DNA of 64,000 nt, taken from positions 26,901-90,900 of the forward strand of contig JBILLV010000004.1 of assembly GCA_044375895.1 (NCBI GenBank), given 5' to 3'. This document shows positions 18,243-27,467 of this stretch, in pieces. Origin of the DNA: Polyangiales bacterium. Lineage in GTDB: Bacteria; Myxococcota_A; Polyangia; Polyangiales; Ga0077539. The notes beneath the pieces were generated by a model. It did no database searches. It was not told the origin of the DNA and worked only from the letters and a program-made list of their open reading frames with translations. Within the stretch, counting starts at the first letter, position 1. The number at the start of each line of letters is the position of its first letter. The position numbers and the translations under genes were made by a program.

Positions 18243-20123
18243 CTACGCGACCGAGTGGGGGGGATCGCTCTCGTAGCGGTTGCCCACCAGGCGCCGTAGC
18301 GCGGCGAGCACCGCGCGGCGGTCGCGCGCCACCGCGAGGTCGGAGAGCACCTCGGCCACCATCGCCTCGATCGTCACCTGGGTGTTCGCGTTCATCTGGA
18401 GCGCGAAGGCCAGCACGCGGAGCATGGCCACCTCGCGCTCTGACAGCTCGCCGTCCACCAGCGCGATCCACCGCGCCACCGCGTACACGTAGGCCCGCTC
18501 GGCGGTGCGCAGTCGGTCGACGTGCAGCTCGTCGAGCTCGACCCGCGAGCGCGCGGCGGCCTTCAGGAAATCAATCTCCGCCGTCCCTAGCCGGGCCTCC
18601 TCCGCGGCCGCGAACACCGCGTCGCGCTCGACGTCATCGAGCCGCCCGTCGGCCCACCCCACCGCGAGCAGCGCGAGGAACACCTCCTTCGGCAGCGATC
18701 GCGGGCGCATCAGCGGGTCGGCGGGCTCGGGCACGGGGTTGGTGTCCTGCGCGGCGAGCTCGGCGATGCGCTGGATGGCTCGCACGAAGGCTTCGAACAC
18801 CACCGGCTTGTCGAGGAAGTCCTTCACGCCCAGCACGCTGAAGCGCCAGCGCTCGATGTCGCCGACGCTCGAGCTCACCACCAGCACCGCCGCGCGCGCG
18901 GCGCCCGGCAGCGCCCGCATCTCCGAGAGCGTCGCGATGCCGTTGGGCCCCGGCATGTCGTAGTCGAGCACCACGAGGTCGGGGGGGCGCTCGACGCACG
19001 CGGTGAGCGCGCGGATCCCCGAGTTGGCCTCCACCACCTCGACGCTCCGCCCCCGCGTCGCGAGCCGCGCAGCGCGCCAGGCGATGCGGCGAAACATCGG
19101 GTCGTCGTCGACGATGAGCACGCGCAGCACCCGCGCGTCGGCGGTCGGCGGCGGGTGCTCGGAGGGCGGCGTGGTGTACGGCGGCGGCAGCGGCGTCCCC
19201 ACCTCGCGCCACCGCAGCGACGCCACCTCCAGCGCCTGCGCGAAGGCCGCGGCGCTCTCGTAGCGCGCCGACGGGCTCTTCTGCAGCGCCTTGTGAATCA
19301 CCGGGTCGAGCGGCGCGAGCTCGGGGCGGAAGTGCGACACCCACGGCGCCTCCTCGTGCAGGTGCTTCTGGAAGAAGGCGTAGAGGTTGTCGGCGAGGAA
19401 GGGCGGGCGCCCCGTCAGCAGTTCGAAGGCCGTGCACCCCAGCCCGTAGACGTCCGTGCGGGCGCCGAGCTCGTCGTCGTCGTTGTGCGGGTCGATCTGC
19501 TCGGGGGCCATGTACGGCGCCGTCCCCGCGGTGACGGTCGCGTTCGCGGCGTCGCGCTCGACGGGGCGGGCGAGGCCAAAATCGAGCAGCACGGGGCGGC
19601 CGCTGCGGTCTTCGATCACCACGTTGCCGGGCTTCACGTCGCGGTGCACGATGCCCGCGCGGTGCACCGCGTCGAGCCCCAGCGCGAGCTGCCGGAGGAT
19701 GTTGAGCGCGGCGTACACGGGCACCATCGTGCCGTGCGACTTGTGCTCCCGGACGATCGCGTCGAGGTCGCGCCCCTCGACGTACTCCATCGCGTAGAAG
19801 GGCTTCCCCGCGTGCGTCCCCATGGTGAAGACGTGCACGACGTTGTGGTGCCGCACCGACGCCAGCGCCGTCGCCTCGCGGCGAAACCGCTCGAGAAATT
19901 TCGTCTCCCGCGCCCCGTCTGGCGAGATGAACTTCAGCGCCGCCGGCCGCTTCAACGCCACGTCGCGCGCCCGGTACACCGTCCCCATCGCGCCGCGCCC
20001 GAGCTCCCCCTCCAGCACGTAGCGACCGTCGACGAGCACCGACTCCCCCGTCGGCGCGCCGCAGTGCGCGCACCGAAGGCTGTCGGGGCCGAGCGGCAGC
20101 CCGCACTCCGCGCAGTCCTTCAC
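18243..20123 (-). CDS. Ser/Thr kinase fused to a response-regulator receiver and a TerB-like domain
   Basis: Double CxxC N-terminus; LGRGAMGTVY, HRDVKPGN, DFGLA, GTAPYMAPEQ; receiver VLIVDDD..LVVLDYDMP..KP; TerB-like AVGWADGRLDDVE and IALVDGELSERE. GTG start overlaps upstream TGA. Confidence 0.88.
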   Translation of the reverse strand: MKDCAECGLPLGPDSLRCAHCGAPTGESVLVDGRYVLEGELGRGAMGTVYRARDVALKRPAALKFISPDGARETKFLERFRREATALASVRHHNVVHVFTMGTHAGKPFYAMEYVEGRDLDAIVREHKSHGTMVPVYAALNILRQLALGLDAVHRAGIVHRDVKPGNVVIEDRSGRPVLLDFGLARPVERDAANATVTAGTAPYMAPEQIDPHNDDDELGARTDVYGLGCTAFELLTGRPPFLADNLYAFFQKHLHEEAPWVSHFRPELAPLDPVIHKALQKSPSARYESAAAFAQALEVASLRWREVGTPLPPPYTTPPSEHPPPTADARVLRVLIVDDDPMFRRIAWRAARLATRGRSVEVVEANSGIRALTACVERPPDLVVLDYDMPGPNGIATLSEMRALPGAARAAVLVVSSSVGDIERWRFSVLGVKDFLDKPVVFEAFVRAIQRIAELAAQDTNPVPEPADPLMRPRSLPKEVFLALLAVGWADGRLDDVERDAVFAAAEEARLGTAEIDFLKAAARSRVELDELHVDRLRTAERAYVYAVARWIALVDGELSEREVAMLRVLAFALQMNANTQVTIEAMVAEVLSDLAVARDRRAVLAALRRLVGNRYESDPPHSVA

Positions 20124-20515
20124 GGCGCCTCCGAGAGCGCCTTCACCCTGGCGTCGCCGAGCAGCCCCTCGAGGTCGCGGCGACCCGAGCGGAGCGCCTC
20201 CTGCGACCACGCGTCGAGCGCGTCGACCGCCGCCGTCACCCGCGCCACGTCCCGGCCCGTCCACTGGGTGCGCGCCCGCGAGAAGCGCTCGATCGCGCGC
20301 CCCACGTCGCCCACCGCGCCGAGGCCCACCGTCGCCGCCGTCCCGCCGAGCCGATGCCCCAGGCGCTGCACCGCCGCGCGCGCGCCCTGGTCCGTCATCG
20401 CAAGCGCGAGCGCCGAGCGCAGGTCGCGCACGTGCTCCGGCAGCAGGGCAAGGAGCTCTTGCTGCAAGTCGGCGATCTCGTCATCGAAGTCGGGTAGGTC
20501 GTGAGGCTCCGCCAC
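20120..20515 (-). CDS. Hpt (histidine phosphotransfer) domain protein
   Basis: Helical protein with RLGHRLGGTAATVG, resembling the Hpt H-x-L-K-G-S-A motif; start codon uncertain. Confidence 0.75.
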   Translation of the reverse strand: MAEPHDLPDFDDEIADLQQELLALLPEHVRDLRSALALAMTDQGARAAVQRLGHRLGGTAATVGLGAVGDVGRAIERFSRARTQWTGRDVARVTAAVDALDAWSQEALRSGRRDLEGLLGDARVKALSEAP

Positions 20516-20579
20516 GTGACCCACGCTAACACAACGACCGCCCCCCAAAAGAGGCTTCGAACGTCGTGCGCGGGAGAGG

Positions 20580-20663
20580 TGCGAGGAGCGGGACTTGAAC
20601 CCGCATGCCGTTTCGGGCGCCAGATCCTAAGTCTGGTGCGTCTGCCAATTTCGCCATCCTCGC
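20580..20663 (-). tRNA. tRNA-Leu (anticodon TAG)
   Basis: GCGAGGATGGCGAAATTGGCAGACGCACCAGAC-TTAGGA-TCTGG..long variable arm..GCGGGTTCAAGTCCCGCTCCTCGCA; acceptor and anticodon stems pair; CCA not fully encoded. Confidence 0.97.
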
Positions 20664-20685
20664 GGTGGGGCGGTCGGAGACGGTA

Positions 20686-21903
20686 TCACGGCTCGGTGAG
20701 TTCGATCACGCCTCCGTCGGCGCCCACGAGGAGCACCCGCGCGTGCCCGTGCGCCGCCGCCCACCGTCGCGCCGCCGCGCCGTCCGCCGCGTCGATCTCC
20801 GCCACCTGCCAGCCCTCCCCGCGCAGCACGCCGGCCACGGCCCGCCGCCGCGCGGGGGCGCCGCTCACCACCACCCGCCGCGCCCGCTCCGCCCCCTCGG
20901 CGCCGCGGCGTGTCACCAGGGCCTCCAGCACCTCCAGCGCCACCGCGCACCCCGTCGCGGGGGCGTCCGCTCCGTAGCGCCCGAGCAGCTCGTCGTAGCG
21001 CCCGCCCGACGCCACCGCCTCGCCCGCCCCCTCGCACACCACCGAGAACGTCGCCCCGGTGTAGTACCCATCCCCCGGGGCCTCCGCGAGGTCGACCTGC
21101 ACCCGCTCGCCGACGCCCTCCGCCGCGAGCGCCTCCAACAGCGCGCCGAGCGCTTCGAACACCGCCGCCGGCACCAGGTCACCGAGGGCCGCCTCGGCCG
21201 CCCGCAGCACCGCGGCATCCCCCGCGAGCCCATCGAGCGCGTCGAGCGCCCGGCACACCGTCGGGTCGCGCTGGAGGAGCCGCTGCCACGCCGCCCGATC
21301 GCGCGCCGCCAGGGCCTCCGCCACGGCCTCCCGCGACGCATCCTCCACCCGCGCCAGGAGCGCCCGGTGCACGCCCGCGTGGGCCACCGTCACCCGCCCG
21401 TCGGGCACCCCCGCGGCGGTCAGCGCCTCGCAGGCCGTCGCGATCACCTCGGCGTCGGCGTCCACCGTCGCCACGCCGACGCACTCCACGCCCGCCTGCG
21501 CGATCTGCCGGTGGCGCCGCGAGCGCCCCTGCGGCCGACGGAGCACCGTCCCCTCGTAGGCGAGGCGGACGGGCATCGGCGCGCCCCGGTAGCGCGTGGC
21601 GACGATGCGCGCGATCTGCGGCGTCATGTCGGGGCGGAGCGCGAGCACCTCGCCCGAGTCGGGGTCGACCAGGCGGAGCAGCGACGCCGCCGCGCCCGGC
21701 CCGAGGCCCCGCACCAGCACGTCTTCCCGCTCAAACGCGGGCGGCACCACGGCGTCGTAGCCGCGCCGTTCGAAGGCGCCCATCACCGCGCGGGCGAGGG
21801 AGCGTCGGAGCGCGGCGCGCGCCGGGAGCATGTCGCGCATGCCCGCCGGGAGCCCGAGCGGGGCGGCGTCGAAGCGGAGCGGGGGGGCGGCGGGGTCGTC
21901 CAT
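20686..21903 (-). CDS. hisZ: ATP phosphoribosyltransferase regulatory subunit
   Basis: LPAGMRD, LALRPDMTPQIARI, RLAYEGTVLR, QAGVECVG, YYTG, SGGRYDELL (HisRS-like HisZ). Confidence 0.88.
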   Translation of the reverse strand: MDDPAAPPLRFDAAPLGLPAGMRDMLPARAALRRSLARAVMGAFERRGYDAVVPPAFEREDVLVRGLGPGAAASLLRLVDPDSGEVLALRPDMTPQIARIVATRYRGAPMPVRLAYEGTVLRRPQGRSRRHRQIAQAGVECVGVATVDADAEVIATACEALTAAGVPDGRVTVAHAGVHRALLARVEDASREAVAEALAARDRAAWQRLLQRDPTVCRALDALDGLAGDAAVLRAAEAALGDLVPAAVFEALGALLEALAAEGVGERVQVDLAEAPGDGYYTGATFSVVCEGAGEAVASGGRYDELLGRYGADAPATGCAVALEVLEALVTRRGAEGAERARRVVVSGAPARRRAVAGVLRGEGWQVAEIDAADGAAARRWAAAHGHARVLLVGADGGVIELTEP

Positions 21904-21946
21904 GGTGACGCCGCGTGATGGAGCATTTGGCGCCCCGTGACAACGG

Positions 21947-22960
21947 TCAACGCACCGCGGCCTCGCCCATCCCCGCGCCGCCGCACAGCGCGATGAGGCA
22001 CTCCTCCATCACCCGCTCGTCGCCGCGCTTGGCCCCCTTGAGCGCCGCGTCGGTGGCCGCCAGCACGCGCAGCGCCCGCTGGATGAGCGCCGGCGACCAG
22101 CGCTTCGTCTGCTGCCCGATCTTCTCCGCCGCGAAGGGCGGCAGCTTCAGCGCCGACGCCAGCGGGGTCGTCGCCCGCGTGTCGACGTGCGTCCGGCACT
22201 TCGCGATCAGGTGGATCTGCCGCGCCACCAGCCCCAGCGTGGGCAGCGCGTGCTGGCGCTGCGCCGTCAGCCGGGCGAGCACGCCCAGACACGACGGGAG
22301 GTTGCGCTGCCCCACGGCCTCGGCGAGGTCCCACGCGGGGATCTCCCGCACCGGCGTGATCACCTCGTCCACCGTCTTCGCCGTCACGGGTGCGCCGCTG
22401 GTGTAGAGCGCGAGGCGTTCGAGCCCGTCGGCGAGCAGCGACAGGTCGGCCCCCACCGAGAGCGCCATGGACTCGGCCGCCCCGTGGTCGAGCGTGACCC
22501 CGGCGGCGCGCGCCTCCCGCTCGATCCAAGGCACCAGGTCGCCTTCGGATGGGGCCCGCGCGACGAGGAGCCACGCGCGGTCTTTGGCGGCGAGCGCGAG
22601 CTTCACGCGGAGGTCGAAGCCCGGGCCGATGAGCAGCAGCACCGTGGTGGGCTCGGGCTTCTCGAAGTACGTCAGCAGCGCTTCCTGATCGGCCTTGCGC
22701 ATGTCCTCGCAGCCGCGCACCGTGACGAGTCGTCGCTTCGACATCATCGGGAGCGTGCGGCACGCCGTCATCACCGTCGCCGCGTTGCTCTGCTTCGCGT
22801 CGAAGAGGTCTTCGGAGAGCCCGCGGGGGCCGTCGCCCACGGCCGCGCGGCGGATGGCGTCGGCGCAGCGGGTGATGAGGAGCCGCTCGTCGCCCGCGAG
22901 GAGGTACACGGGGAGGAGCTTCCCTTTGCTGGCCTGCTCGGCGGCGGTGACGATGTCCAC
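21947..22960 (-). CDS. holA: DNA polymerase III subunit delta
   Basis: PVYLLAGDERLL, TLPMMSKRRLV, LERLALY, WDLAEA, TDAALKG. Confidence 0.92.
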   Translation of the reverse strand: MDIVTAAEQASKGKLLPVYLLAGDERLLITRCADAIRRAAVGDGPRGLSEDLFDAKQSNAATVMTACRTLPMMSKRRLVTVRGCEDMRKADQEALLTYFEKPEPTTVLLLIGPGFDLRVKLALAAKDRAWLLVARAPSEGDLVPWIEREARAAGVTLDHGAAESMALSVGADLSLLADGLERLALYTSGAPVTAKTVDEVITPVREIPAWDLAEAVGQRNLPSCLGVLARLTAQRQHALPTLGLVARQIHLIAKCRTHVDTRATTPLASALKLPPFAAEKIGQQTKRWSPALIQRALRVLAATDAALKGAKRGDERVMEECLIALCGGAGMGEAAVR

Positions 22961-23011
22961 GGCGCGGCGGAGGGTACCACCGGGCGCCGGGCGGGCGGGA
23001 CTTTCCGACGA

Positions 23012-24445
23012 TCAGCGGCAGACGCCGCCGGAGCAGATGCCCGTGCAGCAGCTGGCCGTGGCCGCGCAGGAGAGCCCGAGGCTGACGCAGGTCGAGGTGC
23101 GGCAGACGCCGGAAGCGCAGCGCGACGAGCAGCACGACGACGAGAGCGAGCACGAGCCCCCGGCGGAGACGCAGGTGGACGAGCGGCACACGCCCGCCGA
23201 GCAGGTGAGCCCGGCGCAGCAGTCCGAGGAGAGGGTGCACGAGAAGCCCGACGACGCGCAGGTGGTGCTGCGGCAGATGCCCGCCGAGCACGTCCCGGCG
23301 CAGCAGTCGGTGGTGAGCGAGCACGTCCCGCCCGCCGCGCGACAGGTCGCGCTGCGGCAGGTGCTCGACGCGCAGACCCCCGAGCAGCAGGTGCTCCCGG
23401 TGGTGCACGACAGACCGGTGCCGCTGCACGTGGTGGCGCGGCAGACGCCCGCGGAGCACGTGCCGGAGCAGCAGTCGGAGGTGAGCGTGCACGACGAGCC
23501 CGACGAGCGGCAGGAGGCGCTGCGGCACGTGCCCGACGCGCAGAGGGAGGAGCAACAGGACGACGAGGCCGCGCACGAGACCCCGGCGCCGCTGCACGCG
23601 GTGACGCGGCACGTCCCGCCCGAGCAGAGGAGGCCCGAACAGCAGTCGGTGGCGACGGAGCAGGCGCCGCCGACGTTCTGGCAGGCCGGCGGGCGGGCGC
23701 AGACGCCACCGAGGCACGAGAGCCCCGCGCAGCACGGGACGCCCGCGGCGCACGCCGCCGACTCGGGGAGGCAGGTGGGCGGCGTCACGCACGACCCGCC
23801 CATGCACGTCAGCCCCATGCAGCACTCGGCCGACGACGCGCAGCCCGCCCCCGCCGTCCGGCAGGGCCGCCCGCAACGCCCGTCGAGGCAGCGGGTGCCG
23901 AGGCAGCAGTCGTCGTCCGAGGTGCACGCGGCGGTCTCGGCCTGACACGCGCAGCGGCCGCCGCGGCACGTCATGGTTCCGCAGCAGTCTCCGTTCGCCG
24001 TGCAGGAACCTTCGAACTCGCGGCAGCACAGCGTGCGGTCGGGGGCCACGCGGCACGAGGCGCCCTCGCAGCACTGGGCGGGGCTGTCGCAAGGGCTCTG
24101 GATCGCCCCGCACGTCGGCGCCGCCGCGCAGACGCCGTCGCGACAGGTGAGCCCCGCCGCGCAGGAGCTCCCGACGCAGCAGGGCTGCGCCGCCATGCCG
24201 CACGCGGGGGCGGCGTCGGGCGGCGGGGGCGGCGCGTCAGGTTCGGCGGGCGCGTCGAGGTCGACCGCGGCGTCGGGCTTCCCCGCGACGTCAGGCGTCG
24301 CGGGCCCATCCGCGGCCGGGCGATCGGCGCCGACGGGGCTGTCGGTGTCCGCGTCATCGGCGAGCGAGAAGCCGCCCGAGCCACGCGCGCCCCCGCAGGC
24401 CGCGAGCAGGGCGATGAGGAGGAGGCTGGAGACGGTCGTTCTCAT
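23012..24445 (-). CDS. Cys-rich repeat lipoprotein
   Basis: MRTTVSSLLLIALLAAC lipobox, Asp/Pro linker, then about 13 C-x6-C-x5-CC-x3/4-C-x4-C units. Confidence 0.85.
   Translation of the reverse strand: MRTTVSSLLLIALLAACGGARGSGGFSLADDADTDSPVGADRPAADGPATPDVAGKPDAAVDLDAPAEPDAPPPPPDAAPACGMAAQPCCVGSSCAAGLTCRDGVCAAAPTCGAIQSPCDSPAQCCEGASCRVAPDRTLCCREFEGSCTANGDCCGTMTCRGGRCACQAETAACTSDDDCCLGTRCLDGRCGRPCRTAGAGCASSAECCMGLTCMGGSCVTPPTCLPESAACAAGVPCCAGLSCLGGVCARPPACQNVGGACSVATDCCSGLLCSGGTCRVTACSGAGVSCAASSSCCSSLCASGTCRSASCRSSGSSCTLTSDCCSGTCSAGVCRATTCSGTGLSCTTGSTCCSGVCASSTCRSATCRAAGGTCSLTTDCCAGTCSAGICRSTTCASSGFSCTLSSDCCAGLTCSAGVCRSSTCVSAGGSCSLSSSCCSSRCASGVCRTSTCVSLGLSCAATASCCTGICSGGVCR
23015..24202 (-). 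repeat. Tandem ~84-nt (28-codon) Cys-rich coding repeats
   Basis: e.g. CRSSGSSCTLTSDCCSGTCSAGVCRATT / CRAAGGTCSLTTDCCAGTCSAGICRSTT. Confidence 0.85.
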
Positions 24446-24538
24446 GGCGGGTCGGCGGATATCACAGTCCTCGCTTCGCCGTCTCGTATCGGGGGGTGAT
24501 CGACGTCCACCCCGCCCATCCGAGGTAGGCTCTCGCGC

Positions 24539-25360
24539 GTGGAAGACCCTCGCACCGCCTTCGAATCCCTCTTCGGTCGCCCCCGCGCGCTCATCGGCAT
24601 GCTCCACGCGGGCGCGCTCCCGGGCACCCCGCACGCCCACGCCTCCGTCGACGAGCTCATCGAGCGCGCCGTCGCCGAAGCCCGCGTCTACCGCGACGCC
24701 GGCTTCACCGCCCTCCTCCTCGAGAACATGCACGACCGCCCCTACCTCAACGGCGCCGTCGGCCCCGAGGTGGTGGCCGCGATGGCCGTGATCGCCCGCG
24801 AGGTGCTCCGCGAGACCCGGCTGCCGCTGGGCGTTCAGGTGCTCGCCGCGGCCAACCGGGAGGCCGTCGCGGTGGCGCTCGCGGCGGGGGCGAGCTTCGT
24901 GCGGGTGGAGGGCTTCGCCTTCGCGCACGTCGCCGACGAGGGGATCATCGAAGCCTGCGCGGGCCCGCTCCTGCGCTACCGCCGCGCGGTGGGGGCGACG
25001 TCGGTGCGCGTCTTCGCCGACATCAAGAAGAAGCACTCGGCCCATGCCATCACCGCGGACGTCTCGCTCGCGGAGACCGCGCGGGCGGCGGAGTTCTTCA
25101 GCGCCGACGGGGTGATCGTGACGGGCGCCGCGACGGGCGACCCCTGCGCGCCGGACGACGTCGCGCAGGCCGTCGACGCGGTTCGTCTCCCAGTGCTCGT
25201 GGGCTCGGGGATCACCCCGGACAACCTCGCCCGCTACACCCGCGCTGACGGCTTCATCGTGGGCTCGTCGGTGAAGCGCGGCGGCGTGTGGTCGGCCCCG
25301 CTCGACGCGCGCGCCGTGAAGGACGTGGCCCGCGCGTTCGAGGCGCTCCCCCCGCGATGA
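24539..25360 (+). CDS. BtpA/SgcQ family protein
   Basis: LIGMLHAGALPGTP, LLENMHDRPY, ADIKKKHSAH, ADGVIVTGAATG, PVLVGSG, FIVGSSVK. Confidence 0.92.
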   Translation: MEDPRTAFESLFGRPRALIGMLHAGALPGTPHAHASVDELIERAVAEARVYRDAGFTALLLENMHDRPYLNGAVGPEVVAAMAVIAREVLRETRLPLGVQVLAAANREAVAVALAAGASFVRVEGFAFAHVADEGIIEACAGPLLRYRRAVGATSVRVFADIKKKHSAHAITADVSLAETARAAEFFSADGVIVTGAATGDPCAPDDVAQAVDAVRLPVLVGSGITPDNLARYTRADGFIVGSSVKRGGVWSAPLDARAVKDVARAFEALPPR

Positions 25361-26265
25361 CGCCCGAGGTGGTGTGCGCGGGCAACCTGCTCGTCGACGA
25401 CCTCGTGTTCGAAGACGGCCGCACGATGATGGCGCAGGCGGGCGGCGCGCTGCTCCATGCGGCCCACGCGGCGGCGGCGTGGGGTACGCGCGTCGGGTGC
25501 GTGAGCGTGGCGGGGACAGACTACCCGGCGGACGCGCTCGCGGAGCTCGAGGCGCGCGGCGCGCGGCTCGACGGCGTGGTGCGCTTGCCAGGGCCGGGCG
25601 CGCGCATCTGGCTGCTCTACGAGGGGGCGGTGCGGCAGATGGTTCATCGCGCGGGGCGGCCCTCGCACGCGGAGGTGTCGCCGCGACCGGTGGACGTGCC
25701 GACGGCGTGGCGTGGGGCGCCGGGGCTGCTCGTCGCGCCGATGCCGCTCGCGTGTCAGCGCGAACTCGTGGCCGCGGCGGCGCCGGGGACGTTTGTCGCG
25801 CTCGATCCGCACGAGCCGCTGTCGGTGCGCTCGGCCCGCGCGTGGGAGGCGGTGCTGGCCCACTGCGACGCCGTGTTCGTGGGCGACGACGAGCTCGATC
25901 TGCCGGCGGGCGACGACCCGATCGAGCACATCGACGGCATCGGCGGCCATCGACTGCGCTACATCGCATACAAGCGCGGTGCCGCGGGCGGCGTGCTGTA
26001 CGACCGGCACGCGGAGGCGACGTGGACGTGGGCCGCGGTGGGGACGGAGGTGGTCGATCCGACGGGCGCGGGGGACGCGTTCGCGGCGGGCTTTGTGAGC
26101 GCGCGGGTGGCCGGGTGCGAGGTGGCGGAGTGCCTCGCGCGGGGGGCGGCGGCGGCGAGCGTGGCGGTGTCGGCGCGGGGGGCGAGCGCGCTCGCGGCGG
26201 TGACGCGGGGGGAGCTGGAGGCGAGGAGCGCGCGGTGTGGGGTGGAGCGGCGCGACGATCGTTGA
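25357..26265 (+). CDS. PfkB-family carbohydrate kinase
   Basis: AGNLLVDD, AGGA, KRGAAG, signature VVDPTGAGDAFAAGF; ATGA overlap with the BtpA gene. Confidence 0.9.
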   Translation: MTPEVVCAGNLLVDDLVFEDGRTMMAQAGGALLHAAHAAAAWGTRVGCVSVAGTDYPADALAELEARGARLDGVVRLPGPGARIWLLYEGAVRQMVHRAGRPSHAEVSPRPVDVPTAWRGAPGLLVAPMPLACQRELVAAAAPGTFVALDPHEPLSVRSARAWEAVLAHCDAVFVGDDELDLPAGDDPIEHIDGIGGHRLRYIAYKRGAAGGVLYDRHAEATWTWAAVGTEVVDPTGAGDAFAAGFVSARVAGCEVAECLARGAAAASVAVSARGASALAAVTRGELEARSARCGVERRDDR

Positions 26266-26373
26266 TGGGTCGTGGCGGGCGCGCGACCAGGGCTTCGTGA
26301 CTGTGTGCGCAGCAATGCAGCCATGGCCGAGAGCAGAAGACGTGGCGGGGAGAGGGGCGTCGTGGCCCCGCGA

Positions 26374-27336
26374 TCAGAGGGGCATCGGGTCGGCGAACAC
26401 GTCGCTGACGCGCGTGGCGGTGACGGCGCGGGTGAGCCACCGCTGGAGCACCTCAACGCGGGACTCGGCGTCGAGGCGCGCGCGGAGGGCAGGCGTGAGC
26501 TCGAGGGTTCGTGCGGAGAGCGCGAGGGCGATGGATTGGCGGAGGCCGTCCTCGACACCTTTCTCCCTGCCCTTCTCTCGGATCTCGTTGGCCACCTCTG
26601 GGACGTGCTCGAGCCACGACCGGAGGATGTGTTGCTTGATCTTGCGCTGTGACTCGTCGTCCTCGGGCAGGGGGCTGAACTCGTCGGCGAGATCGGGATC
26701 CATGGGGAGTTCTTGTACCACACGCTCAACCCAGGCGAATCCCATCGCCACGGCCGCCCACTTCAGGAACGCCACGAACGCCGCACCCGTGCGCGCCAGG
26801 AGCAACGGGACGAGCTCGACCCGCAGCGGAAGCTCGTTGGCGGCCACCCAGAGGAGCTCATGGTCTCGTGGCCCCACCTGCCAGCACCCAGGAGCGACGC
26901 TCGCGAGGGCCACCGCCCCAGACGCCGCGCGCTGTCGAAGCCACACAGGCACACGCGGACCGACCACCCATAGCGCGAACTCGTCGGGCTCCGGCTGCGC
27001 AGGTGCTTGTGGCGATTCGCTCACCCGCGCGGCGACACGCGTCCGCTCCAACCATTGCACCCAGAGCGCCCAGCGACGGAACTCGGCGCGAGCGAGCGCG
27101 GCGCGGTCGATGTGGTCCCCGCGCATCTTGATCTCGATGACCGCCGCGCTCCGGAGCCTGCACCATGGCGCGGCAAGCGACTCGACCTCGGCCTTCGCGA
27201 CCACCCGGACGATGCCATCGGGGGTGAGGGACCCAACGGGCGTCTCCGAGGGCACCTCGAAGCGCACGCGCTGGCCGGTGACACGCTCGGTCTCCTCTTC
27301 GAAGATGCGCTTCGCGAACTGATCGGCCTTACCCAC
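26374..27336 (-). CDS. Hypothetical protein, PD-(D/E)XK/Rpn-like
   Basis: TPDGIV..VIEIKM motif; C-terminal REKGREKGVEDGL..LQRWLTRAVTA..DVF tail typical of Rpn-like proteins. Confidence 0.6.
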   Translation of the reverse strand: MGKADQFAKRIFEEETERVTGQRVRFEVPSETPVGSLTPDGIVRVVAKAEVESLAAPWCRLRSAAVIEIKMRGDHIDRAALARAEFRRWALWVQWLERTRVAARVSESPQAPAQPEPDEFALWVVGPRVPVWLRQRAASGAVALASVAPGCWQVGPRDHELLWVAANELPLRVELVPLLLARTGAAFVAFLKWAAVAMGFAWVERVVQELPMDPDLADEFSPLPEDDESQRKIKQHILRSWLEHVPEVANEIREKGREKGVEDGLRQSIALALSARTLELTPALRARLDAESRVEVLQRWLTRAVTATRVSDVFADPMPL

Positions 27337-27467
27337 GGCTCCGCGTCGTACCAGCGTCGATGGTGGACCTCAACCCGCTTCGCCCCGAGCGAGTGTGGGG
27401 AGGCCCGCGGTGCCGTCAGGTGGCGGTAGGTGACCAGGCGCAGGATGACCGTGCGAGCCCCCTGACC

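Noticed and set aside
20521-20663. tRNA-Leu as an island integration site
   Set aside because: No integrase in the window and I saw no duplicated tRNA 3' end.
23015-24202. CRISPR-like periodicity
   Set aside because: Repeats are degenerate, in frame and protein-coding; no unique spacers or cas genes.
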